This document shows positions 26,038 to 38,400 of a stretch of DNA of 64,000 nucleotides, one piece after another. The first letter of the stretch is position 1. Every line of letters begins with the position of its first letter. The DNA lies in the NCBI RefSeq assembly GCF_963853765.1, contig NC_088857.1, positions 29,202,001 through 29,266,000 of the forward strand, written 5' to 3'. The position numbers were made by a program, and so were the translations under genes. The notes beneath the pieces are model-generated. The model had not been told where the DNA came from. It saw only the letters and a program-made list of their open reading frames with translations, and ran no database searches. The stretch comes from Magallana gigas (taxonomy: Eukaryota).

Positions 26038-28890
26038 CTAAACGTCAACAAATATAAATATGCATGTATTTAAAGAAAATGATAAACATTAATGATATTT
26101 GCATTTTGGGGTCCCAAATGTATTGATCCGGGGATCCTAGTTTGAACAATTTAGAATATACACTAGTTAACATGCTTGCATAGTAATCTCACAAATTGTA
26201 TCATTGTAATTCTTGAATAAAAGATTTTTCAAAAGTGTTTTCTATATATTTGAATTTTGAATCCCTCTCTGGGCCTCAGTATAAGTCTAGGAGTAACGAT
26301 TTTAACAATTAATACTTTTTACTATAGATACAAGCTTTAATGTAAAAATGCTTATTTTTGGTGAAGTTGTTTTTGAGATGACTTTTTTTACGACACACTC
26401 TATTTTCACCGTCTTGTTATTATCTTCCTTTAAAGAAAGGGTTTCGCCTTTTATTTGATACTTTAAAATTCCATTCCACAAGGAAGATTTAAATTCCAAA
26501 TTTGATTAAATTTGGCGCTGTGGTTCTAGAGAAGATGTCAAAATTGAAAAAAATTTCAAGACAGAGGGACGATGGACAACGGGTGGTCAGAAAGAAGCTC
26601 ACTTTAACCTTCGGTTAAAAATTATATTGATTATTCTGATCGGCAAAATAAAAATGATACAAAATGGAAAAAAACCTTAAAATTTAAGTAAAAATCACTT
26701 ACAAGCTACAATATGTTAATAATGTATCTAATATTAAATGAGTTTTAAAGATTTAAAACAGCCGTGCAGTGTGCATATCTATGATTTTCAATATTTACGC
26801 TCTTCGTCTGTGTCTCCGGACTGCTAGTGCTCCAATCACAATTAACATTACTTCTAGAACCGCTAGTCCCATCAGCAAAATAACTTCAACATGATAAAGA
26901 AAAAATGTTTAGAAGGATTCTGTCAAATTTGCTAGAATTAAGTTAAAATTGCATTTACAAGCGTTTATTTTGTTGAGTATGTTTTCCCCTTTGTCAATGG
27001 TTGTGTATGCTGGTTGGATTTTAGTTTCTTCATGTGTGGTGTATAATGTGTGTAATTACTTATTCGTAAAAAAAATTAGAATTACAAATTTCCCCTATAA
27101 ATAACTTCAATGTTGATATAAATATCTACGCTTACTGCAAGAATTAACTTACCTGTTTTCGTGTCCAAACTCGAAGGAGATGTATAATTGTCTTTTAACT
27201 TTGTTTCCGTTGTAATTGAAGGAGTTGAATATTTTGAATATTTTGGTTTTCCCTGCGTTGGTTGGTATGGTCTCGTTTGCATTGTTATTTGTTCAGAAAA
27301 AAATGATCGGGATGTCGAAATTTCATTTATAGCTTCTAATGTTGTTGTCAGTCCAAGGCTTGACCTCTTTCTATGTGAGGCGGGTATCCCGACGGTCGAT
27401 AAGGAAGCTACATACCTGTACGTAGTCTCTGATGACGGTGGTAATGAGTTAGGTGTTGTAACCGTTGATAGTTTGGGCGGTTTAGCTAGTTTTTAAACAT
27501 TGTTCTTATTAATGATTAAACTACTATTTCATATTAATTTTAAAAACTAAAAAGTCTCCTATTTCATATCAATTTTTAAAAAAGTGTTTTTCGATAATAA
27601 ATCGTATGACCAAATCTTTGAACAGCTAAAATTAATGCATATAAAATCTTTATTTTCTTTATAAAAAAAATTCTTATAATCTGTATTTATACATTCAAAA
27701 TGAATATATTTTTAAGTTTATCATTTTCTAATCAAGAATATTTTAGATATAGGAGAAATTTAAACGCAATGGATATTCAACAATAAAGGACCTAATACAT
27801 GTACCTTTATACAGTAATACGTACTTTTTCGATATGCTGCATTTGTTGTAGATGCAATTGTCGTTGTTTTTGTTTTCAGATGTGTTGTTTTTGTTAAGAT
27901 TTTTGTTAAGATCTTTGATGGTGAAATTATTCTCGACTCTATTTTTTTCGTTGTTTTCCTCATCTCTGTTGTCTTCGGTAATGTTGTTGATGATGATGAT
28001 GATTTACCTCTTGGTGTCGGCGGGGTTATTGGTGCTACTGAATTGATGATACATGTAGTTGTTGTTAAATATGCTGTAGAGGTTTTTGATGCTGATATTT
28101 TTGTTGTCTTTGAAACATGTTTTTGTGACTTTGATTTTATCATTTCCATTGTAGATGATGCTAATAATTTTTTTGATGATTCTGTAGATGTTTGTTTAAT
28201 TCTTGCTGATTTACGTGATTTTGATTTTGTCGATTTTGTCGACGCTATTGTTGACATAGGTGATTTTCTTGTTGTTAACTTTGATGTTGTTGATCTCTCC
28301 TTTAACACTTGTTTAAAGAAGAAATTGAACAATTAAAACTTAATTAAAGCACGTTTAAGACTAGATAGAATGTTCTATCGTTAAAATGACAGATGTCCTA
28401 CGGACCCAGTTTAACGATAAAAGTCGTCCTATATACTCGCTTCGTAGCAAATAAAAAAATTATATCGCGCTGTATCTCGCCTAAATTTTCATATGATTGG
28501 TCTCAAATACCTACAATGTTGCTCTTTTACAATCCCATATTACCACAGTAACTGTTTTTGCAACGAAATCACTGCCACTTTTAATATCACGTTTGAAAAT
28601 TCGATGTTTATGGTCGCCATGTTAATGATAAAATCCGAAACATTCCGAGTGCGATTTCCGACAAAATGGCAGGCAAATTCAAACGTGTATTTTAACAAAA
28701 TGCCTTGGTACGACTCTATAAATGGATATTTTGTGGATTAAATTACATATGCATGTTCATAAAGGATTGTAATGTATAAAAATGTGTTTTTCCCATGCAG
28801 ATTATGTTTAACTGAATTAAAATCGACGGGAAGCTGATCCGCTTCGCGGCTGCTATATTGCAAGTATATGGGACGAATTCTTACTGTAAC

Positions 28891-28928
<38 letters not shown>

Positions 28929-31900
28929 GTTTAAGACTGTTAACGACCCTTAAAAATCTTTAAAAATTTAGCATAAACCAAATGTATTTATCTTTTTTTC
29001 ATAGTTTTGTTCTCAACAAAATCTCACATGCTTCACTGTTTTCCAAGAAATGTTTATATATTAATTACCTCTTAATTGTACTTGAAAACCTTTTGAAGTC
29101 AACACATCAAAGTTTGAAACGAATTTAATAAGAAGTTGATTCCCCAGGGCAGTTCTATTCGTCGTAAGAGTGTCGCATTGGTGGAATAAAGTAAAGTTTC
29201 CACTAGATGAATTGATTTCCTGAATCTAATATAGGAAGCATCGATATTCTCTTTTAAACATATAATTTAATTAAAAATTTAAACGAGACTTACCCTGGTA
29301 AAGGTGAAGTTTGATTGAGATTCTATGAGGAAATAGAATCAATGAAGAGATCACGTGAGATTGTACTGCGCATGTGCGGATTCAGAATTTAAAGCGAAAT
29401 TTTTTTTTGTTAAACCAATTAAACAAATATCGATATATCATGATATCTATACAACATATTTGTATAATTGAAGTTGCCGAGTTGATAGATTTAAATTGAT
29501 CATAGATTTTGAAACCCATTCATTGTATATGCAGGGTGGGTTGGTGGCACGTGATCTCTTCATTGATTCTATTTCCTCATAGAATCTCAATCAAACTTCA
29601 CCTTAACCAAGGTAAGTCTCGTTTAATTTTTTAATTCTATTTCGTAAATATCAATTACGAGACCACGTGAGATTTTAAAGAAAACAAAAGGTTTTTTCTC
29701 TCTGAACACCCACAATTTATTTAGTCATAACACTTTTTACAAAGTCTGTCTCTGCAGAAACAATTGGTTTGTTATAAAACTTTGCAAAAGTTCTTTCATT
29801 TGTCTAGCCAACTTTGCTCAAAATTTCATGAACAGGTACAGAGTTAAAGAATGCCTTCGACACTGATGCTGCTCGAACACTGTGTGGCGAAAACACATTC
29901 ATGTCAATGCCAGATTGTGTCATTATATATCTTATCCAACGTGACAATGTATCTTTAGATGCAGCATTATGAGGTTTTACATATGAAATGAATAAAGCAT
30001 CATCATTATCACTCCGTAATGGCAATGTTCTTTTTAAATATTCAACAAGAACAGTATAAACACATAGTCTGCTGGATAGGCTTTCAAAACAATATTTGGT
30101 CTACGAAAACCTGGTCTACAAGTCTTTAACAAAGAGTTGAAGTTAAAAATAAATGAAGATTTCTTCTTCTGCATACAATTCAATTTTAAAGCATGAACAG
30201 TTTGTACTCTAGCAGCACAAGTTAAGCAGATAAGCATACAAAGTTTACAAGTAATCTCTTTCAAATTCAGATATTTCACAGGTGACAATTTCCTAAGATA
30301 TCTCAAAACAATAGAGACATCCCAAACATAATCATGTCGAGGAGCAGGGGGTCTTAAATTAAACACCCCTTTCATAAAACGAATAACAAATGGGTGAGAT
30401 CCTACAGAATGACCATCAAAAGCAAAACCCAGTGCCGACAATGATGCTCTTGCTGTATTCAGAGCACTATAACCTAAATTATTATGATACAACATAGTCA
30501 TGAATTCAATAACATGGTTCACAGAAATTTGAAATTGATTAATCTTCCATTCACGACAGAAAGAAAACCATTTTTTATGGAAAGTCTTGTACTGTTTCTT
30601 TGTACTGCCTCTCCAAGCTGCCAAGAGGATAACGGTAGCATCCGACGAAAAGCCAGAGTTTTTGAAGTGTCTCCCGACAATCGACATGCCATCATCACAA
30701 TGGATTTCCTCAAAGGATGAAGTTCCTTGAAATGAACAAGATATATAAGATCCTCCAGTTGAGGCAGGATTCGTGGGTGTTCGATCAACAGTTCCAGAAC
30801 TATGTTGTACCACACTTGAGTTGTCCACACTGGCACCACCATGATGCACTCTGCTCTTTCCTCCATGATCTTCTGCAAGCACTTCCCTATCAAACTAAAA
30901 GGAGGGAATATGTAACTAAACAATTTGCTCCAATCAATAGTAAATGCATCAACAAAACTTGCATTGGGGTCAGGCTTCCATGAACAGTAAATCTCTACCT
31001 GTGCATTAAAACTATTGGCAAACAAATCAATATTTGGCTTTCCAAATAACCGAGTTATATCATTAAAAACATTACTGTTCAGTCTCCATTCAGTTTGATC
31101 ATCAAACTTTCTAGATTTTCTATCTGCAACCACATTTTCTACTCCAGGTATGTGGGCAGCCAATAACCAAATTCTCCTATCAATGCACCAGGTCCAAATC
31201 TGACTTGCTATATCATTGCATAATTTAGAGTGAATACCTCCCATGTTATTAATATAGCTAACAGCTGTAACATTAACAGTCATAACTTTAATTGATGTGT
31301 CATGTTGGTATTTGAAAAAGGATTTCAATGCATTGAAACATGCGACCAGTTCTAAGGCATTAATGTGATAAGATTGTTCTATATCTGACCAATGACCACC
31401 TATCTCTTGATTATCAAAGGTTGCACCCCAACCCAATAGTGAAGCATCAGAATAATTAAACTACAGACTGGATAGGGCCATGACATATTTGCCTACATGC
31501 AAAGTGTACATTGTTTATTCACCATGATAAATCATCCTTCATTTCATCACTTATATACATTAGAGAATCAAAATTTCCCCTCGAACATTTGAGAGCCTCA
31601 ATTTTATTTCTTTCTAGGGATCTATAATGCAGGGGTCCAAATTCAATGGCTGAGAAACTGGACACAATCAAACCAATAACTGAAGCTACATTTCTGATTG
31701 ACGCTTCGGATTTTTTGTGCAATTTTTGTGCATTCATATAAGATATTTTCTTTACTCTCATCAGTAAAGGTAACAGTCATTTTAACAGAATCGATAATAT
31801 TGCCAAGAAAAGCAATTTTCTGAACAGGTTTAAGGACTGATTTTTCATAATTCACAAACAATCCAAGTTTCTCAACCAAGGTGATCATTGCACTTGACCC

Positions 31901-34900
31901 ACTGCTACATTTCTGAATAGTTTCTCCCACCAAGAGGGAATCATCTATGTATCCAACATTCAAATAACATAACCTTCGTAATGTAGCATACACAGGTTTC
32001 AATAGCTTTGTAAATAATCTGGAGCACTAGATAATCCCTGGGGTAAAGAAGTAAATTGAAACAATCTCTTTTCCCAGAAAAACTGCAAGACTTTTTGGTG
32101 TTCAGTGGCTACTGGTATAGAATAATGAGCATTTTTTGGATCCACAGATGACATAAAGCAATTAGGGGTTATTATTTTCAAAGCGCTTTCAAACGTATCC
32201 ATCTTAAAATGATGGTATTTAATAAACTGATTAAGTTCTTTTAAAATCAGAATCATTCTAAATTCCCCATCGCGTTTTGGTCTCAAAAATATAGTCGAAA
32301 CAAATTCAACATTTTCCAGATCAATTTCCATAATAACTTCCATTTTTAGAAGTTTATCTATTTCATTTTTGGTATATAAGCATTCTTTGTTATTAAACTT
32401 AATTTGATGAGGAAGAGAGGTTTGAGATGGCACACAGTCATTTTCAAATTCTAAATGACAATGTTTTACAATATCAAGAATGCTGTCATCTGAGGTAAGT
32501 TTTCCCCCTCGGAAATAAATAGTTTCCATCTACCAGCTTTAAAACTAAGAGATTTGTTTTCTGGAGTTAAGTATTGACTTACCTGGAAGTCTACTTGTTG
32601 ATGTTGGGTCGAGAGTTTCTTCGTCGCCCTCTGAAGTTTTTTGGCTCATTGTAACCCGAGTAATTTCTATTCTGACTCTGGGTAGATCGATTTTGAAAAG
32701 TGGATCTTCGTCCACGAGTGAAGCCAAATCTATTCCTGCCAGCGAAATTCTGTCAGACCTATGCTGCAAATTGTTGAGTTTGTTACTGATGCGACTACAG
32801 TCGCCGATTTCTTTTACTGTTTTAGGGACATCGTCCCCAAAGAGATATTATGTGTATTTCACTTGTTGTGAGCAAAGGTGGGAATATTCCCCCTTCGTGT
32901 TAGACTTCATGAGTTCTCTGCGAAGCATTTTGATTTGGTAATTAGATTGGCCAAGCAAAGTCAAAGCTTCCATATTTTTGTCTATTAATTCAAAAACACA
33001 AGGGTCACCTAGCTTTCCGATTTTGTCGCACACTTTAACTATGACAGTTGCTGCTTTAACCACAGAGGTCTCAATATTTTTTAACTTCTTATCGATTGTT
33101 CGAGTATTTGGTTGTAAAAATCCCCACACTAACTGGTTCATTTTGACAGTGACTAGACTCTCACACTTGTCTGGTCTAGCATTCATAGAATCTTTCGTGA
33201 GTTCAGTGTATAATTCATCTTCTATACCTTGTCTGAACCAGTCATTGACACACGAAGCTAACTCAGCGTTAACTGAAGTATCACATACCTCTTTGATTTT
33301 GAGTTTTTCACCGGCCAATTTGAACTTGTCGTCAGCACCTGACGATATCGTAGTGTCTTTATTTGCATTACTAGTATCAACAGAATGATCGGCGGTACAA
33401 TCATCGACAGTGACCACGTCACTGTCCGGAATAAGGCCATAGTCTCCACAATCATCGTAATCCTCCGCCATTTTGAAAAGTTCATCAACACGGTGACTTA
33501 CTACATTAAAATTTTGATCGGATTTGCATTGGCTTTCCTGAATTGTCTTACGAACCTTGAGCACATCAGAAATAGATGGATCTGAACCACTCGTGCCCTG
33601 CGAAGCACCTGCAGTAGGTCTACGATCAGAGCCCCGGTCCTTCGACGACGAAGCCGCTGCTGAGAGACTCGACACCGAGTCTGATTTGGCGGATTTGCTA
33701 CTGGGCTTCTTAGGAGCAGCAGACTCTGCTTTCCTTTTCCGAGTGTTCGTTTTTTCCTCAGAAACGTCTGTAGGAATAGCGTTATTCCTTTCCGGGGACA
33801 ACATGGCGTTCGCAATCAGTAACTAGAAAACACGTGCACTGCACCACGTGCGAAAATATAAAAAACTGCTGCGAGTGTAACACACAACTTACGACAAGAT
33901 ATGCCTTAAACGTTAGGCTATGCCATCAAACCTCGTTTGATAAAAATTATAAAAAACTTTGTCAACCTCGTTGACAATGTCTAAAAACACGTCCGCATTC
34001 AACACAAGCAAATAGAACACTGAATCCGCGCATGCGCAGTACAATCTCACGTGGTCTCGTAATTGATATTTACGAAATAGAATCATTAAATAGCTTTTGA
34101 ATTATCAAATTATAAATTAGATTACTATTTGACAAATTTGCTGTACAACAAACATTAATCAAACAACAGTATGCCGAAGCATGTAAAAGAATAATTATCA
34201 CTTTATTTCTTTTTAAAAAATAACCTCTAAATAGGCTTCACATAATCCACTTGGGGGTTTTACAATATCCATCTCAATGTCAATAAAGATTTCTTCTGTG
34301 GTGGCAGGTGCTGTCACGTTCCATATTAAGACTGTGTCGTTTTTGTAGTTGACGTCTGGATACCCGGAGGAATTGATTTTTAACACAGTAGATGGCGACA
34401 GTTCTTTATCTTCGGATATCAGAACACATGTTCCCATATCTGAAATATAATTACACGTATACGAGGGAAAGACACACGTATACTGATTTGTTTTACATTG
34501 TCGAATAGGTAAACTATTGTTCCGATATACCTACATTGTATTAGACAAAGATCTAACTGTGAAATGAATGAGGATAAAATAATGACGACATAGGCTTTAT
34601 CAAAGTTTTAAATTAACAATGAAATAAGCAGCATTTATCTGATTAATCATTGTTTTACTTAAAAGCAATTATATACACGTATTAACCTCTAAAATACTGC
34701 TAAGTTTCTAAGCTATTAAAAATGTATGTGTTTTAAAAATGTGTTCTAAATAGTAAAAAACGAAATAAACATCTTAAAGTGCTCTATAAAGTGTTTTGTT
34801 TTTTTTTACAAATTTCCCAAACATGCAAAATAAACATACAAAGTCCACAAACAAAAACCTAAATTTAGTGTATTTAAATCTTGTAATCTTTCTTATCTAT

Positions 34901-35468
34901 TTCAGCTATATATAATTTGAAAGCCGAAAAAAATTGTTTGTTTGTACATTATTAGAAATTTAACACTACATGTATTACGAACTGACGTATTCCGTAAAAT
35001 CGTGTTTTTCGGGGAAATTGTCATTTCACTGCTGTAAATGTATTTGCCATCAACAAACACTTTTTTCCTCGGGTGAAGCATTGGCAATTTCAATTTTTGT
35101 TACAGGAATAAATTTAAATATTACTTAACCATCATACAAGAAACGTAAAATGTCTAGTCCGATTGTTGATTTTTTATATTTATAAATGGACCAGGTATAG
35201 ATAAAGAATAATACTCTGTTGAGCCAATATCTTCTTTAAAAATGATTTTTAAAAATTTATCGCTTGAAATTGTTTTAATTCTTACGCTCTGAACATTTCA
35301 GAAAAGCAACCACTTACGTTTTTACGACACACTGACCACAAAAGATGCAAAAGATGGAAGAATTATCCTTATTATTCACAAATTCAAAAGTATGTTTGTC
35401 AAGAGAATTCACTCACCACAGATGATCAGCAGGAAGAGTTTGATAAAGATATTCCTCATATTTCTCAT
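25701..35468 (-). CDS. Gene C: type I membrane receptor, signal peptide - CUB - mucin-like stalk - TM - Tyr-motif tail (553 aa, 7 exons)
   Basis: Exons 35468-35417, 34439-34225, 29225-29069, 28307-27825, 27485-27153, 26883-26799 and 26037-25701 sum to 1662 nt. All junctions are GT-AG and phase-compatible, with no internal stop. Confidence 0.85.
26090..26620 (+). mobile_element. HINE-like fragment in the gene C TM-tail intron
   Basis: The 3' motif GGACGATGGACAACGGGTGGTCAGAAAGAAGCTCAC and core TTTGAACAA...CTAGAGAAGAT resemble the family at 5566-6438. Confidence 0.5.
26799..26883 (-). CDS. Gene C transmembrane exon
   Basis: gttgaag|TT ATT TTG...AGA GC|gtaaat; ILLMGLAVLEVMLIVIGALAV followed by the basic stop-transfer RRHRRR. 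Confidence 0.9.
27153..27485 (-). CDS. Gene C stalk exon 2 (Ser/Thr/Pro-rich)
   Basis: 333 nt open frame, phase 1-1, donor AAA ACA G|gtaagt. Confidence 0.85.
27825..28307 (-). CDS. Gene C stalk exon 1 (Thr/Ser/Lys-rich mucin-like)
   Basis: aaacaag|TG TTA AAG...CGA AAA A|gtacgt; 483 nt, phase 1-1; lies within ORF 27760-28332. Confidence 0.88.
28362..28928. mobile_element. 567-bp non-autonomous DNA transposon with TAG...CTA ends and 9-bp TSD (AcademH-like or Mutator-like)
   Basis: GTTTAAGAC at 28353-28361 and 28929-28937; ends TAGATAGAAT and ATTCTTTCTA; subterminal stem-loops at 28364-28419 and 28879-28916. Confidence 0.65.
29069..29225 (-). CDS. Gene C CUB domain exon 2
   Basis: cctatattag|ATT CAG GAA...TTA AGA G|gtaatt; 157 nt; ...LLIKFVSNFDVLTSKGFQVQLR (CUB C-terminal F-x-S...GF motif). 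Confidence 0.9.
29548..29674. other. DIRS internal complementary region (ICR)
   Basis: 29548-29636 is the inverse of 29269-29357 (3 mismatches in 89 nt), and 29634-29674 is the exact inverse of 34043-34083. Together they are the complement of the joined 3'-5' circle junction. Confidence 0.93.
29717..30882 (-). pseudogene. DIRS tyrosine recombinase (one frameshift, one premature stop)
   Basis: CAARVQT (catalytic R), HSVRAAS (HxxR) and FAKFYNKP (catalytic Y); frameshift near 30070; TAG at 29804 where Trp is expected (GW). Confidence 0.9.
30519..32650 (-). pseudogene. DIRS pol: reverse transcriptase - RNase H - DNA N6-adenine methyltransferase-like domain (several frameshifts and stops)
   Basis: RT LPQGLSSAP / GYIDD; RNase H DAS-GWG, HINALEL, HIPGVENVVAD; MT DLFA...YIFPPF. 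Breaks near 32010, 31720, 31519 and 31455. Confidence 0.92.
32591..33804 (-). pseudogene. DIRS gag-like ORF1
   Basis: 318-aa ORF continues in frame past a TAA (32848) into YLFGDDVPK, then frameshifts into an RG/N-rich C-terminus ending at 32591. Confidence 0.8.
34225..34439 (-). CDS. Gene C CUB domain exon 1
   Basis: ttatatttcag|AT ATG GGA...TTA GAG|gttatt; 215 nt; INSSGYPDVNYKNDTVLIWNV and CEAYLE. Confidence 0.88.
35417..35468 (-). CDS. Gene C signal-peptide exon
   Basis: ATG AGA AAT ATG...ATC TGT G|gtgagt; MRNMRNIFIKLFLLIIC; phase 1 matches the next exon. Confidence 0.75.
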
Positions 35469-38400
35469 TAGTACAGTACCTGAATAAGAGCGCAAACAAA
35501 ACTCGCCCGAACTACAATCACGCGTATCTTGTTTTTACAACTTTATAATGATTAACAAGGAAATAACAATCCTTAAAATAAACAAACTATTACCACTCAT
35601 GTATCAAACTTGGCCTGAAACATAGAAACAGAGCTGTCAAAATTATCACACATAATTTTGATAATAAATATTTTTAAATTTAAGTTCGTCGATATTAACA
35701 ATGCTTGAACCTTCCTGCAAGTACTTTAATTAAATGCATAATTGGTCGTTATATTTAAAACATATGTTATTTTATCGAAATTGTTGCATAATTTTATAGT
35801 ATACTCTTTCATTATGTCAGCTAAATTAAAATGGATATACGATTTAAATCTCTTTAATTGCTATTATTAGGTCTTATGTATCATGTTTATGCATTTACTG
35901 CTTTAGTGCTTTATCTCTTGTTTTAATTCCAAGCTCATAACTGTAACATAGTTATTACCAATTATGTAACACAAGCTTATGTTACATATAAGCGGATTTT
36001 TGTATCAGTTTTTAACAACTCTATTAACGGTACCACTCACAGAAGTTTTAAGCGAAATTTTATAGGTGAATGTAAAGAATATTTAAACGATTAACCCAGA
36101 ATTTTTGGAATTATATTTTTGTAAAATTCAGAACAAACCTCCACTTTGTCTTAATAGAGAGGGGTCAATGGATAACATACATGTACAACGACATGACAGA
36201 CTCATAATGTGTGTAGGGATAATCAAGCTGGATACGTGTTTCACTTCTTGATAAAATGTGATATACTATTCTTCAATTGGCAATACGGTTTGGAAAGAAA
36301 ATGTAAATAAATGTTCAACGAAATACTTTAAAGTTCTTTGATTTACTGTCAACAATCAGTTTTGTAATTCTTAAAAAACTTGAATATCCATTTCTAAATT
36401 TTATGGGTTTAACTGGTTTCCACAGTATAATGATTAAGCTTTAAACTTCAGCAGATTCCAGACTGTTTGTATGTAGACGTATTGACATGATTTTTGAGAG
36501 AATGAATAAAATTATTTGTATCTTTTTTGCTAAGTTCGCTACTTTCAAACCCGCATGAAAGACAAAAGATAACATTTTAATGTTTAATTTTTTATGATAT
36601 AGATCAGTGTTATTGATAATGTTATTGTTGCTAATGTTTTATTAGATAGTGGTTATAAATCAACTGTACTTCTGTTGCAAACATTTTTCAATTCTATCAT
36701 TATAAAACAGGAACACATGAATAAAACAAACATTCTAAGAGCATTGCATAAGCAATACATGTCCTCTGCCGGCAACTCCAGTTTATTTAAGGGTATTGTT
36801 TTATGTGCCAAACATATACGGTCAGTGGATAAACATGATTCGATTCTGGAACAGAGTACTAAGTCTTTCATTTGACTCTGATCGTATTACCAAACTTGTA
36901 TTCGACATTGATTTTAACCTTTGCTTTAACAAAACTGTAATTAGTGTAGTGAAATAAAAAAATATACTTAAACAAAATTAGGTTTTGGTTTCTATTTAGA
37001 GACGCGAGTCTGTTATTAATAATAGTCTTGTGAAGAAAAATGTATTCATTATTATTCTCAGGACAAGTTTAACTATTAAATTACCAAAGTTACGTACTTA
37101 TGTGCAAATTAAACATGAGTTTCACCTTGCCTAAAAAAATGTTTCTATGAACTTATCAAAGTACCCTAGATCTATACTTGCACAAGTTAGATGTGGTGCA
37201 TTACACACAAAAGTAGGAACTGGAGGATATCAAGATGAAGCTTCATAATAGAGAATTTGTAAGTTTTGTTCTTTAAATTAAGTTTAAGTTGAATATCATT
37301 TTTATTATTATATTGTTAAAAAAAAAAATACTTTATTTAGAAACACATTGTTTACAAGTATTGGTTGTCAACAAAACTGTACTCAGATAGTAAACGATTT
37401 TTTGAAAGATTTTATTATCAACTTATCTACGCCGAGTATCAAACTATTTATTATGTATACCTACTAAGATGCTCAGATAGGCATGGTTCATTTTGTTTAA
37501 ATTCATTGAATTATTTTATCAATTTTTTATTATCAAAAAATCCACGCCAGGGATCAACATATGTATACAATGCATTAAGACGATCGGATGTGTATCATTA
37601 ATTATAATGTTTACTCAATTGTTACAGTTCATTTTTCATTACGTTAATTAAATGTATATACATGGTGCAACTGAACTGATATATAGCGCCGTGCATGTTG
37701 CATAATTTTAATATTATATTTTTTGGATATTTTTAGACTGACTTAAACGTTCGACAGGCCGAGTCTTCCTCGTTTATAATGTATATTGTAATTAAAAAAC
37801 TGACTGTGTGTATTTACATACTCAATTGTAAACAGGTCACTTTTTACTGAGCAACAAAGAAATGGAATTTTTACTTAAGTTTTATATAAAAAAATTGTTT
37901 ATTTTACATTTACTAAATACTGAATAAACTACTTAACAATTAAACAAAAATTAATAAAACAACCATTAATAAAAATGCAACGAATCTGAACATGTTCGTG
38001 AAAATGGTAATCATAAGTGTATTGTCATGTAATTAAGGTTTAATCTTTGATCGTTTGACATACAAGTTAATTTTGGTGTTTATTTAAAAGAATCATTTCA
38101 TTAGTTACTGCATTTGATTACAATTGAAAGCTATTTTGTTTTATGCTCACGCGTTCAGATTAAATGAATATACACTGTATATATATCTAGATTTTTGCCC
38201 TCTCAAATCCATATTTACATGTATTATCCTAAAAACCTGAAAAACGATACTTATTTTTCTTTGGTTTGCATTCATATTTGTTGTCAATTTTGGCCATTTG
38301 GAGTATTGATCGAAATATCTGACTTAAAAATTAAGCCGCTTCCTGGATAAATCAAAACTTGCACCGGACGGAAGTATGCATTTATTTTTATGATAAAGGT

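Larger units (their letters stand above)
29269..34083 (-). mobile_element. DIRS1-like tyrosine-recombinase retrotransposon, full length (4815 bp), ORFs disrupted
   Basis: gag, RT, RNase H, methyltransferase and YR motifs. Left terminal repeat 34021-34083, ICR 29548-29674, right terminal repeat 29269-29384. AAT occurs at both ends, and its complement ATT at the ICR junction. Confidence 0.95.

Noticed and set aside
27188-28336. Plus-strand Val/Asp-rich ORFs
   Set aside because: They are antisense shadows of the Thr-rich stalk exons.
29804-31521. APOBEC-like G-to-A hypermutation of the DIRS element (two TGG to stop changes)
   Set aside because: Only two cases; the other lesions are indels and transversions.
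30484-33826. Plus-strand ORFs over the DIRS element
   Set aside because: They are antisense to gag/pol/YR and carry no motifs of their own.
35318-35331. 14-nt micro-exon candidate (cag|...|gtaagt) after the gene C signal exon
   Set aside because: Its length is not a multiple of 3 and it would frameshift the CUB exon; the gene reads correctly without it.
36653-36875. Cys-rich 72-aa ORF
   Set aside because: No splice signals or family motif could be tied to neighbouring genes.
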